Made by a program: the position numbers and the translations under genes. The notes beneath the pieces are model-generated. The model worked only from the letters and a program-made list of their open reading frames with translations, made no database searches and was not told the DNA's origin. A stretch of 64,000 nt of DNA from Sulfurospirillaceae bacterium (GTDB taxonomy: Bacteria > Campylobacterota > Campylobacteria > Campylobacterales > Sulfurospirillaceae). Where the stretch lies: NCBI GenBank assembly GCA_033723415.1, contig JAWVXD010000006.1, positions 32,001 through 96,000 on the forward strand, in the 5' to 3' direction. Shown in pieces: positions 56,420 through 64,000 of this stretch; position 1 is the stretch's first letter, and every line of letters begins with the position of its first letter.

Positions 56420-57370
56420 TTAATTTTCTATTTTTACATCTACATGTTCTTGTATAAATCTTTTGTCTTCTCTGCCTTTTTTTATTATATCCATAGCGCT
56501 TATACCGGTACTGTCTTTACTGCTAAGAAGAAAGCTTATCTTATCCTTCTTCCCATTTAGAATATTTTCAACCGAATCAAAAAGGTGCAGATCAAGTTTG
56601 TTCTTTGAAAGTGCCTTCTTTTTTTCTATATTCGCAAGTGCTACTTGCAAAAACTTATTCCATTTTTCATCTATTTTGGCATCAGTTATATTTTGATCAG
56701 GTGAGACTATTTTTAAAATTTTTCCAAAAGTCTCTTTTTTATTTTTTAGGTTTAGATCAAACTTTATGTTTGTAAACAATATATTTCTAGGATCTTCTTT
56801 GACACTGTTTGAATTTGATCCGGTTAGAAAAAGCTTGAAAGGGAATATTGCATTGTTGTATGAAAATCCAAAATTTTTAAACTTTTCTAGTTTTCTGCCT
56901 TGAAATTCCAAATTTCCCTTGATAACCATATCTCCTTGAACAAATAATCTAATTATCTTGTCTATCTTTTCATAATCGGATTTTTTCAATATTCTACCTG
57001 ACATGATAGAAAAAAGCATAATTCTATTTTTAAGATCAACCCCGTTTGCGTCTATACCGAGAAGGGAAATGTTTAGATCAATATTGGATGTTTTTCCTTT
57101 TTTGATTTTTGCAAACTGTTCAAAATTATTAAACACGATCTTTTTGACTCTGGTTCCATCACGTAAAAAAGCATTATTAACAACGCACTGCATAGAAAAC
57201 AACCCTTGACAGTCAACTTTGGTATACAAAAAACCTGCTTTTTGTAATGAGTTTGTCAACTCATGAGTAGCCTTTTGCGTAGTCTGCATAATAAAGTAAT
57301 AACCTGCACCTACGATTACGACAATCGCTACTATAATTGATATCAACCATCTTGATTTTTTGTTTTCCAT
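56420..57370 (-). CDS. Hypothetical basic protein with an N-terminal membrane anchor
   Basis: 316-aa ORF, one TM segment, CQGLFSMQC; no family recognised. Confidence 0.7.
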   Translation of the reverse strand: MENKKSRWLISIIVAIVVIVGAGYYFIMQTTQKATHELTNSLQKAGFLYTKVDCQGLFSMQCVVNNAFLRDGTRVKKIVFNNFEQFAKIKKGKTSNIDLNISLLGIDANGVDLKNRIMLFSIMSGRILKKSDYEKIDKIIRLFVQGDMVIKGNLEFQGRKLEKFKNFGFSYNNAIFPFKLFLTGSNSNSVKEDPRNILFTNIKFDLNLKNKKETFGKILKIVSPDQNITDAKIDEKWNKFLQVALANIEKKKALSKNKLDLHLFDSVENILNGKKDKISFLLSSKDSTGISAMDIIKKGREDKRFIQEHVDVKIEN

Positions 57371-57505
57371 TTATAACGCCCACAGCCTTTAATTTTTAAT
57401 ATTATGCCATATTTTGGAAACAATTTGATATAGGGATTTGTATAGTTTTGCCTCAAATTTAGTATAAACACGCTAAAATATAATTATAAATAATCAAGGA
57501 ATAAA

Positions 57506-57727
57506 ATGGGAAATATTACAAACAATAGTGTTAAGATGGAAAATGGCTATAAACTGGCAGAGCTTTATAAACAACAAAAGAACTCTTTTATAGCATCTCA
57601 AAAACAAAAAGACAAGGAAGCAGGAGGAGTCAATTCAAATATCGCAAAGATGAAAAGTGATGCTAAAAAAGCCAAAGAAAAGGCCAAAGCTAAAAAAGCT
57701 AAAAAAGACAGAAAAAGAAACAAATAA
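57506..57727 (+). CDS. Small lysine-rich hypothetical protein
   Basis: AAGGA SD, 73 aa, KAKEKAKAKKAKK tail; TAATG overlap with the next gene. Confidence 0.7.
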   Translation: MGNITNNSVKMENGYKLAELYKQQKNSFIASQKQKDKEAGGVNSNIAKMKSDAKKAKEKAKAKKAKKDRKRNK

Positions 57728-58353
57728 TGCCATTATCTATTTGGACCTTCCTCATAGCTATAACGCTTCTTACTATGACTCCCGGTGTTGATACTATGAT
57801 AGTGTTGAGAAATACACTAAGAGGCGGTACGAAAGATGGACTCGTTTCAAGTTTGGGGATCTGTTCAGGACTTTTCGTTCATGCATTTTTATCAGCAGTC
57901 GGAATTTCGGCAATCCTGCTCTACTCTGCCGCTGCTTTTACGATACTAAAAACGATAGGCGCACTCTACCTTATCTGGTTGGGATTTGTAAATCTTAAAG
58001 CTTTTTTTGATAATGATGAACAAAAAAAGCTTAAAACAATAAAACGACAATTTTCTTTTGTTCGCTCGCTTCGTGAGGGATTTCTCTCAAACGTGCTAAA
58101 TCCAAAAGCAATCGTGTTTTATATGGCGTTTCTGCCGCAGTTCATATCACCCAATCACTCTGCACTGGCACAATCTATGTTCTTGGCTTCCCTACATTTT
58201 GGCATCGCCATGATTTGGCAAGGACTTCTCATCTATACTATAGGTTCTGCAAACAACTTTATCATGAAAAAAAACGTGCGAAAAAGTCTGGATGTGATTT
58301 CAGGATCCGTCATGATCGGGCTTGGTATCAAACTTTTTTTAGTTCAAAAGTAA
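57727..58353 (+). CDS. LysE/RhtB family amino acid exporter
   Basis: TPGVD, GALYLIWLG, GFLSNVLNPKAIVFY. Confidence 0.92.
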   Translation: MPLSIWTFLIAITLLTMTPGVDTMIVLRNTLRGGTKDGLVSSLGICSGLFVHAFLSAVGISAILLYSAAAFTILKTIGALYLIWLGFVNLKAFFDNDEQKKLKTIKRQFSFVRSLREGFLSNVLNPKAIVFYMAFLPQFISPNHSALAQSMFLASLHFGIAMIWQGLLIYTIGSANNFIMKKNVRKSLDVISGSVMIGLGIKLFLVQK

Positions 58354-58367
58354 ATCAAAGCCAAACA

Positions 58368-59591
58368 TCAAGAATCCACTCTAGGGTCTAGCTGAGATAG
58401 TTCAGCTCCGGATGCTACAGGCATCGTCACAAAGATACTCAAGTCATCATCTGCAACTCTTTTTTTAGATAATGCATAAAAAGTCAAAAAGATTCCTAAT
58501 GACCCAAAGATCACAAAGATGACACCGTGAAAATATTCCATCAAAAATCCCATGATTGCAGGAGCAGTAAAGGAACCGACTCCATAAACAAACAAAAGTG
58601 CCCTACTGATCTCTACGATATTTTTGTTTTCATCAACAACATCATTGGCTCTGGCAACTCCTAATGGATAGATCGAGAACATAGCAAATCCGAATAAAAA
58701 CCCTAAAATATAGATCATGTTAGGATTTGTGCCGACCAGCAGAAATAATATTGATACTAAGGCGGTAAAAGATCCGCATATCGCTATCAATTTCCTTCTT
58801 CCGAATTTATCAGATAAGATTCCTATAGGCCATTGAGAAAGTAATCCTCCGATTAATGTCATCATCATAAAGTACGACACCACGTGAACTGATCCAAATT
58901 GCGTCAATATATAAACAGGAACCATTGTAAACAATCCACCTACAAAAATACCTGCCAAGAAACAAGAAACAAGAGCCAAAGGGACAATAGAATAAATTTT
59001 TGGAAAACTATAATTTGTCAATGGCTCCAGTATCGGCTCTTTTATCTTCGTTAAGGCAATTGCCACAACAGAGAACAAAACCAGGACCGATCCTGCAATA
59101 AAAATAGTCTTACTTAGTGAGATATCTAAAGATAAGAAAAGCTGTCCTACCGCCAAAAATAAAGAAAAGATCACCGTATAGGTAGCAAGGATCACTCCTC
59201 TATCATCGGAGGTACTTTTTTCATTTAGCCAACTCTCGATGATGATCAACAAACCATAATAAGCAAAACCGGCAACAAATCTCAGCACTCCCCAAAGCAC
59301 TTCATTAAAAAATATAGATTGCAATAAAAAAGTCACGACCATTACTGAAGCAAATGCAGAAAAGCTTCGAATATGCCCGACTCTAGAGATAATACTTTGG
59401 CTAAAAATTGACGATGCGATCGAACCTAAGAAGAAAGCGGCATTGATCATCCCGATCGCCGTATTGCTGATATGTTCTCCTTTGAGATATACTCCGATAT
59501 AGGTAAAGATCATACCGTATCCAAGTGCCAAAAAAGCAATTGCAACAAAAAGTGAAGATATCTGAATAATAGAGAGTGTATTTCGTGTCAT
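58368..59591 (-). CDS. MFS transporter (YcaD-like)
   Basis: RVGHIRSF, IESWLN, QWPIGILSDKFGRR. Confidence 0.9.
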   Translation of the reverse strand: MTRNTLSIIQISSLFVAIAFLALGYGMIFTYIGVYLKGEHISNTAIGMINAAFFLGSIASSIFSQSIISRVGHIRSFSAFASVMVVTFLLQSIFFNEVLWGVLRFVAGFAYYGLLIIIESWLNEKSTSDDRGVILATYTVIFSLFLAVGQLFLSLDISLSKTIFIAGSVLVLFSVVAIALTKIKEPILEPLTNYSFPKIYSIVPLALVSCFLAGIFVGGLFTMVPVYILTQFGSVHVVSYFMMMTLIGGLLSQWPIGILSDKFGRRKLIAICGSFTALVSILFLLVGTNPNMIYILGFLFGFAMFSIYPLGVARANDVVDENKNIVEISRALLFVYGVGSFTAPAIMGFLMEYFHGVIFVIFGSLGIFLTFYALSKKRVADDDLSIFVTMPVASGAELSQLDPRVDS

Positions 59592-59666
59592 ATATTGCGT
59601 CTGCCTTTTGCTATGTAACTGTTTTTCCGTATTGTATCAAACTTGCCAAGATTTTTATACAATTAT

Positions 59667-60962
59667 TTAATATTTTCTATTAAAAAAATGTCCACGCACA
59701 AATCTTCCATAACAAAATTCAAACAAAAATGAGAAGATGACAAATATCAAAAATACGAAAACAGCATTTGAATCTTTTGCATATGTGTATATCAAAAGTG
59801 TGAACAAAGACACCGTACTGATTATGGATGAAAACAACAGAACTTTTTTGTCTGCTTTAATATCACTAACAAGTCTATATGCACTGATATTCACAATAGA
59901 AAATATCAACAAGAATCCTGCACTTCCGATGATAGCTATCTCAGTCAAATTTATAGAATTTGCAATTAAAAGACTTATAATAGATGTAATTATTACGCCA
60001 AATACCGGAATATCCCTCTTCTCTTTGTCCAATATTTTAGGCAATTTACCTTCCTTGGCTATGATGTAGCCAAGCCTTGCATTTCCATAGATTGTCGCAT
60101 TTATAGCAGAAAAAGTTGCTAAAAGAGCGGCAACGGATACGATAACAAAACCAACATGACCTAAAGTCGGCTGTGCAGCTATAGCCAAAGCATAATCTTT
60201 TGCGATTATTAGTTTGCTTTGGGAAACGGAACCTACAGTTATAAGAGCTATTAGCATATATAAGACAATAACAAATATAACTGAACCATAAAATGCCCTT
60301 GGGAGATTTTTTTCAGGATCTTTTATCTCTTCAGCCGTATTTGCTATCAATTCAAAGCCCTCATATGCTACGAATATGATCATGCCTGCTACGATTATAG
60401 AAAAGGCAGGTTCCCAATTACTTGGAGACAATCTTGACATATCTACATGTGAAGAACCGAACACTATTATCACCATAAGCAAGATTATTTTTATAGCGAC
60501 TATGAACGATTCTGATTTACTTACAAATGATGCCTTTAGCAAATTTATAGCAGCAGGAAGGATAATAGCAAAACTTATAAGAGCATGTCTCAGCCATATC
60601 TCATTCGTATTTTTAAAGAAAGTCAGACCATATGATGCAAAAGCTGTCGCATACAGCGATATTGTCACTAGATAGCTCAGCCAAAGAAGCAGATTTATAC
60701 TTCCAGATAGAAGATTATGTTTAAAAGCATTGTCGATAAAGACAACAGTGCCTCCTCTATTTTGATACCTGACAGAAAGTTTTGCATACGAATATGATGT
60801 AAGAAGCGCTACTATTCCGGCTACAAAAAAAGAGATGGCAGTAGCACCTTTTGCCAAAGATACAGCTTCACCCAAAACTGCAAAAATTCCTCCGCCGACC
60901 ATGCCTCCCACTCCGATAGCTATCGCACCAAAAAGTCCTATGTCTTTATCTTTCGTATTCAT
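59667..60962 (-). CDS. APC family amino acid permease
   Basis: GVGGMVGGGIF, FVAYEGFE, AEEIKDPEKNLPRA. Confidence 0.9.
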   Translation of the reverse strand: MNTKDKDIGLFGAIAIGVGGMVGGGIFAVLGEAVSLAKGATAISFFVAGIVALLTSYSYAKLSVRYQNRGGTVVFIDNAFKHNLLSGSINLLLWLSYLVTISLYATAFASYGLTFFKNTNEIWLRHALISFAIILPAAINLLKASFVSKSESFIVAIKIILLMVIIVFGSSHVDMSRLSPSNWEPAFSIIVAGMIIFVAYEGFELIANTAEEIKDPEKNLPRAFYGSVIFVIVLYMLIALITVGSVSQSKLIIAKDYALAIAAQPTLGHVGFVIVSVAALLATFSAINATIYGNARLGYIIAKEGKLPKILDKEKRDIPVFGVIITSIISLLIANSINLTEIAIIGSAGFLLIFSIVNISAYRLVSDIKADKKVLLFSSIISTVSLFTLLIYTYAKDSNAVFVFLIFVIFSFLFEFCYGRFVRGHFFNRKY

Positions 60963-60979
60963 GATCTGATTTTTACAGC

Positions 60980-61264
60980 CTAAGATATCTTAGTATTTTC
61001 TTCCCAAAGTATATAGCCTCTCACTCCGTTTGACTTCCAGACTCCACCTGCAAGTTTGCCTTGCTTAGTTAGATCAAAATTTTTACCTTTTTTTTCTAGA
61101 TATCCCATCTCGACAAATTTTTTGTTAAGTTCATTGGTCTTTAGTCCAAGTTTTAAAGCCAATTTTGAAGTAGTGAGTTTTGTTGACTCTTTTATCTTTT
61201 TTAAACTTTTTTCAGGCTTGATGTCCTTTTTTTCTATAGTTTTTTCACTCTTTTTTTCTTTCAT
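60980..61264 (-). CDS. Small basic protein with a winged-HTH-like domain
   Basis: LTTSKLALKLGLKTNELNKKFVEMGYLE...LTKQGKLAGG; GAGG SD. Confidence 0.65.
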   Translation of the reverse strand: MKEKKSEKTIEKKDIKPEKSLKKIKESTKLTTSKLALKLGLKTNELNKKFVEMGYLEKKGKNFDLTKQGKLAGGVWKSNGVRGYILWEENTKIS

Positions 61265-61327
61265 ACGATACCTCGTTATTTTTTATGTATTGTATCTAAT
61301 CCAACCGTTTTTGCGGTTATTTTCATA

Positions 61328-61903
61328 CTATTTTTTATCGTAAGCTGCTTCAAGTTTTTTGTGTATATAAAAATAAAAAAGCCCAAATACTGCCAATGCC
61401 AAAGGCAAAGCAATATACCAATAAGGCTTTAACAAAGAAAACAAAGCGATGATATGCTTGCCAAAATATGCGACAGGAGACATTATAACCGTGCTCCAGC
61501 ACAAAGCTGAAAAGATATTTATAAGAGCAAAACGTTTGATGCTAAATCCGCTCAAACCGATGGATAACGGTATGATCGTTCTCATTCCGTATATATAGCG
61601 TTGTAAAAATATAAGATGCCAATCATACTTTTGCAGTAAACGCTTGGCAAGGGCTATTTTACGTCGTTGTTTGACAAATTTGCGATAAACAAAATTTTTC
61701 TTGGAATGGCCTAGATAAAAATAAAATTGATCTCCACAAAAAGCTCCGGCAGTGGCAAAACCTATGGCGATAAAAAGATTCATATGCCCCGTATGTACCA
61801 GCAATCCTGCCATAAACAAGGCCGTTTCTCCCTCTAAGATGCACCAGACAAATAAAATCACATAACCATATGTTTTCATGAGTTCTAATAAATATGCTTC
61901 CAT
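61328..61903 (-). CDS. DedA family membrane protein
   Basis: ILEGE, GDQFYFYLG, QRYIYGMR, FALINIFSALCW. Confidence 0.9.
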   Translation of the reverse strand: MEAYLLELMKTYGYVILFVWCILEGETALFMAGLLVHTGHMNLFIAIGFATAGAFCGDQFYFYLGHSKKNFVYRKFVKQRRKIALAKRLLQKYDWHLIFLQRYIYGMRTIIPLSIGLSGFSIKRFALINIFSALCWSTVIMSPVAYFGKHIIALFSLLKPYWYIALPLALAVFGLFYFYIHKKLEAAYDKK

Positions 61904-61967
61904 ATGTCTCCATATCTTTTTGTTTTATGATTAGTCTTGGTTTATAAAATGATATCTTTCTATTAGG

Positions 61968-62180
61968 TTAAAAAGTTTTAAGATACAATTTTTCCACTTT
62001 TTCTCTGGCCCATTGGGTTCTTCTTAAAAATTTCAAGCTTGATTTTACTGATGGATCGTTATTGAAACAATTGATATTGATAAGCTTGCCCAACTCTTCC
62101 CATCCATAGTATTCTACAAGCTTGATGAGCATCTGTTCTAATGTTATTCCGTGTAAGGGATTATTTGGTTGTTTGTTCAT
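61968..62180 (-). CDS. VF530/DUF2132 family small DNA-binding protein
   Basis: [44 protein letters not shown]. Confidence 0.9.
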   Translation of the reverse strand: MNKQPNNPLHGITLEQMLIKLVEYYGWEELGKLININCFNNDPSVKSSLKFLRRTQWAREKVEKLYLKTF

Positions 62181-62322
62181 AATTTGCATTATAACTTTTT
62201 TTAGTTTATTGGAAAATTATCTTGGCAAAAAACATTCTTGACTTTATGGCTATATCTTTGATACTATGGATATAGTAAGTTTTTATATACCATTGAATAA
62301 TTTTAATATTAGGAGTATGGTT

Positions 62323-63606
62323 ATGACAAAATTAATCTTTTTACTTTCTATTATTTTCTCCTCACTCTTTGCCACCTCTTCTATTGTCGTTCAATTGGAT
62401 ATAAAAGGGGCAATCGGCCCTGCTAGCAGTGCTTATCTAAAAAACGGCTTTGACATGGCAATACGTAAAAAAGCTCAGATAGTACTTGTCAAGCTTGACA
62501 CTCCGGGAGGTCTATCCTCGTCTATGAGGGAGATGATTCAAGAGATCACAAATACTAAAATACCCGTTGTCATGTATGTTTATCCGGAGGGAGCTAGGGC
62601 GGCAAGTGCAGGAACCTACCTAATGTACGCTTCCAATGTAGCAGCTATGGCACAAGGCACGAATATAGGTGCAGCAACGCCTATAAACTTATTGCCCACT
62701 AGATCTACTGCGAACAAACCTTCCACACATGAAGCAAAGGCCATAAACGATGCTGCGGCATATATTCAAAGTTTGGCTGAATTGCGTGACAGGAACGCTT
62801 CATGGGCGATTGATGCCGTGCGAAATGCAAAAAGTATCTCCGCAAAAAAAGCCTTACGTTTGGGAGTGATAGATTTGATAGCTAATAATACACAGGAATT
62901 ACTACAAAAGCTTGATGGAAGAATCGTCCAAGTATCTGATAAAAATATTGTTTTAAATACAAAAAACGCACTCATCATAAGCTATCAGGTAGATTGGAAA
63001 ACCAAACTCTTATATATAATCACAAATCCAAATATTATATATATTCTTTTGCTCATTGCTCTATATGGCATATTTTTCGAGCTAATGAATCCAGGCGGAG
63101 TTTTACCTGGTGTCATAGGAGCTATTTGCGGTATAATCGTGCTTTATTCATTAAATTTACTTCCTTTTAATTATGCCGGATTACTTTTGATCATGCTAGG
63201 TGTCGGTTTTATGATAGCTGAGATATTTGTGTCAGGATTTGGAGTTTTAGGTATCGGTGGGGTTGTTGCATTTATATTCGGTTCTGTTTTATTATTTGAT
63301 GCGAATACATTAGGCAATAGTATATCTATCCCTTTGATTATAGCCTTTGCACTTGTAAGTATTTCGTTCTTTATTATAATTGCCAGGATGTTTATACGAT
63401 CACGATCTGCTAAAGTAGTGAGTGGAGTAGAAGATTTGATAGGCTCGATAGGACAAGTGATAGATGTACATGAAACAAATTATCGTGTTATGTGCCAAGG
63501 AGAGATATGGAATGCCATCAGCCAGGAGAAGTTGACAGTTGGCGAGAGTATTAAAGTCGTAGGATTAAATGGTCTTACGCTGGATATTAAACCAAATAAG
63601 GAGTAA
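62323..63606 (+). CDS. nfeD: Long-form NfeD membrane-bound serine protease
   Basis: AGGAG SD; LDTPGG, ARAASAG, GTNIGAA, TM region, C-terminal GEIWNA OB-fold. Confidence 0.92.
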   Translation: MTKLIFLLSIIFSSLFATSSIVVQLDIKGAIGPASSAYLKNGFDMAIRKKAQIVLVKLDTPGGLSSSMREMIQEITNTKIPVVMYVYPEGARAASAGTYLMYASNVAAMAQGTNIGAATPINLLPTRSTANKPSTHEAKAINDAAAYIQSLAELRDRNASWAIDAVRNAKSISAKKALRLGVIDLIANNTQELLQKLDGRIVQVSDKNIVLNTKNALIISYQVDWKTKLLYIITNPNIIYILLLIALYGIFFELMNPGGVLPGVIGAICGIIVLYSLNLLPFNYAGLLLIMLGVGFMIAEIFVSGFGVLGIGGVVAFIFGSVLLFDANTLGNSISIPLIIAFALVSISFFIIIARMFIRSRSAKVVSGVEDLIGSIGQVIDVHETNYRVMCQGEIWNAISQEKLTVGESIKVVGLNGLTLDIKPNKE

Positions 63607-63609
63607 ATC

Positions 63610-64000
63610 ATGTTTTTAAACCTACCTATGATCATATTATATGTTTTTATTTTAATCGTTCTTTTACTCGCAATGTCGATCAGAATATTACGAGAATATC
63701 AACGTGGAGTTATCTTTACGCTCGGACGTTTTAGCGGGGTCAAGGGTCCAGGATTGATAATTCTGATACCTTTTATCCAGCAGATGGTAAAAGTCGATCT
63801 TCGCATAGTGGTGCTTGATGTCCCTACGCAAGATGTTATCTCTCATGACAATGTTTCTGTACATGTCAATGCAGTAGTATATTTTCGTGTGATAGATCCT
63901 CAAAAAGCGATCATTCAAGTTGAAGATTTTCTCTCTGCGACAAGTCAGTTGGCACAGACAACGCTTCGTTCCGTTCTAGGTGGTCATGAACTTGATGAAA
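63610..64000 (+). CDS. Stomatin/slipin (SPFH) protein, 3'-truncated by the window edge; absent from the ORF track
   Basis: ATG 63610 gives ...[15 protein letters not shown]...[10 protein letters not shown]...VDLR...[21 protein letters not shown]...[10 protein letters not shown]; the usual partner of nfeD. Confidence 0.92.
   Translation, partial: MFLNLPMIILYVFILIVLLLAMSIRILREYQRGVIFTLGRFSGVKGPGLIILIPFIQQMVKVDLRIVVLDVPTQDVISHDNVSVHVNAVVYFRVIDPQKAIIQVEDFLSATSQLAQTTLRSVLGGHELDE

Noticed and set aside
134..63918. The many 60-170 aa ORFs antisense or out of frame to long genes (e.g. 6529-6987, 18708-19121, 33464-33979, 39104-39421)
   Set aside because: They overlap well-supported genes, lack SD sites and family motifs, and have shadow-ORF composition.
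1..64000. CRISPR arrays, tRNA/rRNA genes, IS transposases, integrases and prophage genes
   Set aside because: No repeat-spacer periodicity, cloverleaf-like segment or transposase/integrase motif was seen, and intergenic gaps are all short (about 200 nt or less). This was checked by eye only.

Overview
AT-rich, gene-dense chromosomal window of a free-living Campylobacterota (Epsilonproteobacteria) bacterium, probably Sulfurospirillum/Sulfurimonas/Arcobacter-like. This is inferred from the ispDF-regulator-sat-pgpA block, the Campylobacter-type DapD and the SelW/Rdx gene. I saw no rRNA, tRNA, CRISPR array or transposase. Main blocks: (1) a gcvT-gcvH-gcvPA-gcvPB-lipA-lpdA operon that ends in a PDC/IPDC-family 2-oxoacid decarboxylase; (2) dppABCDF followed by a DUF2333-like gene, a hidden CxxU selenoprotein (in-frame TGA plus SECIS-like hairpin, truncated in the ORF track) and a receiver protein with Cys at the phospho-Asp position; (3) a MarR-YeeE-YeeE-(TPR protein ending in Cys)-periplasmic rhodanese sulfur-handling unit; (4) housekeeping genes (fumC, ABC-F, dapD, mrp, ispDF, pgpA, modD, proC); (5) a complete C-P lyase operon phnCDEGHIJKLM-hexapeptide-phnN-phnP with a Pho-box-like promoter and an unannotated 38-codon, double-hairpin ORF coupled between phnI and phnJ; (6) sufBCDSE-sufT with a perfect 23-bp operator-like palindrome; (7) thiE, dat, transporters, nfeD and a stomatin gene cut by the window edge. 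All family calls come from recognising motifs by eye, not from database searches.
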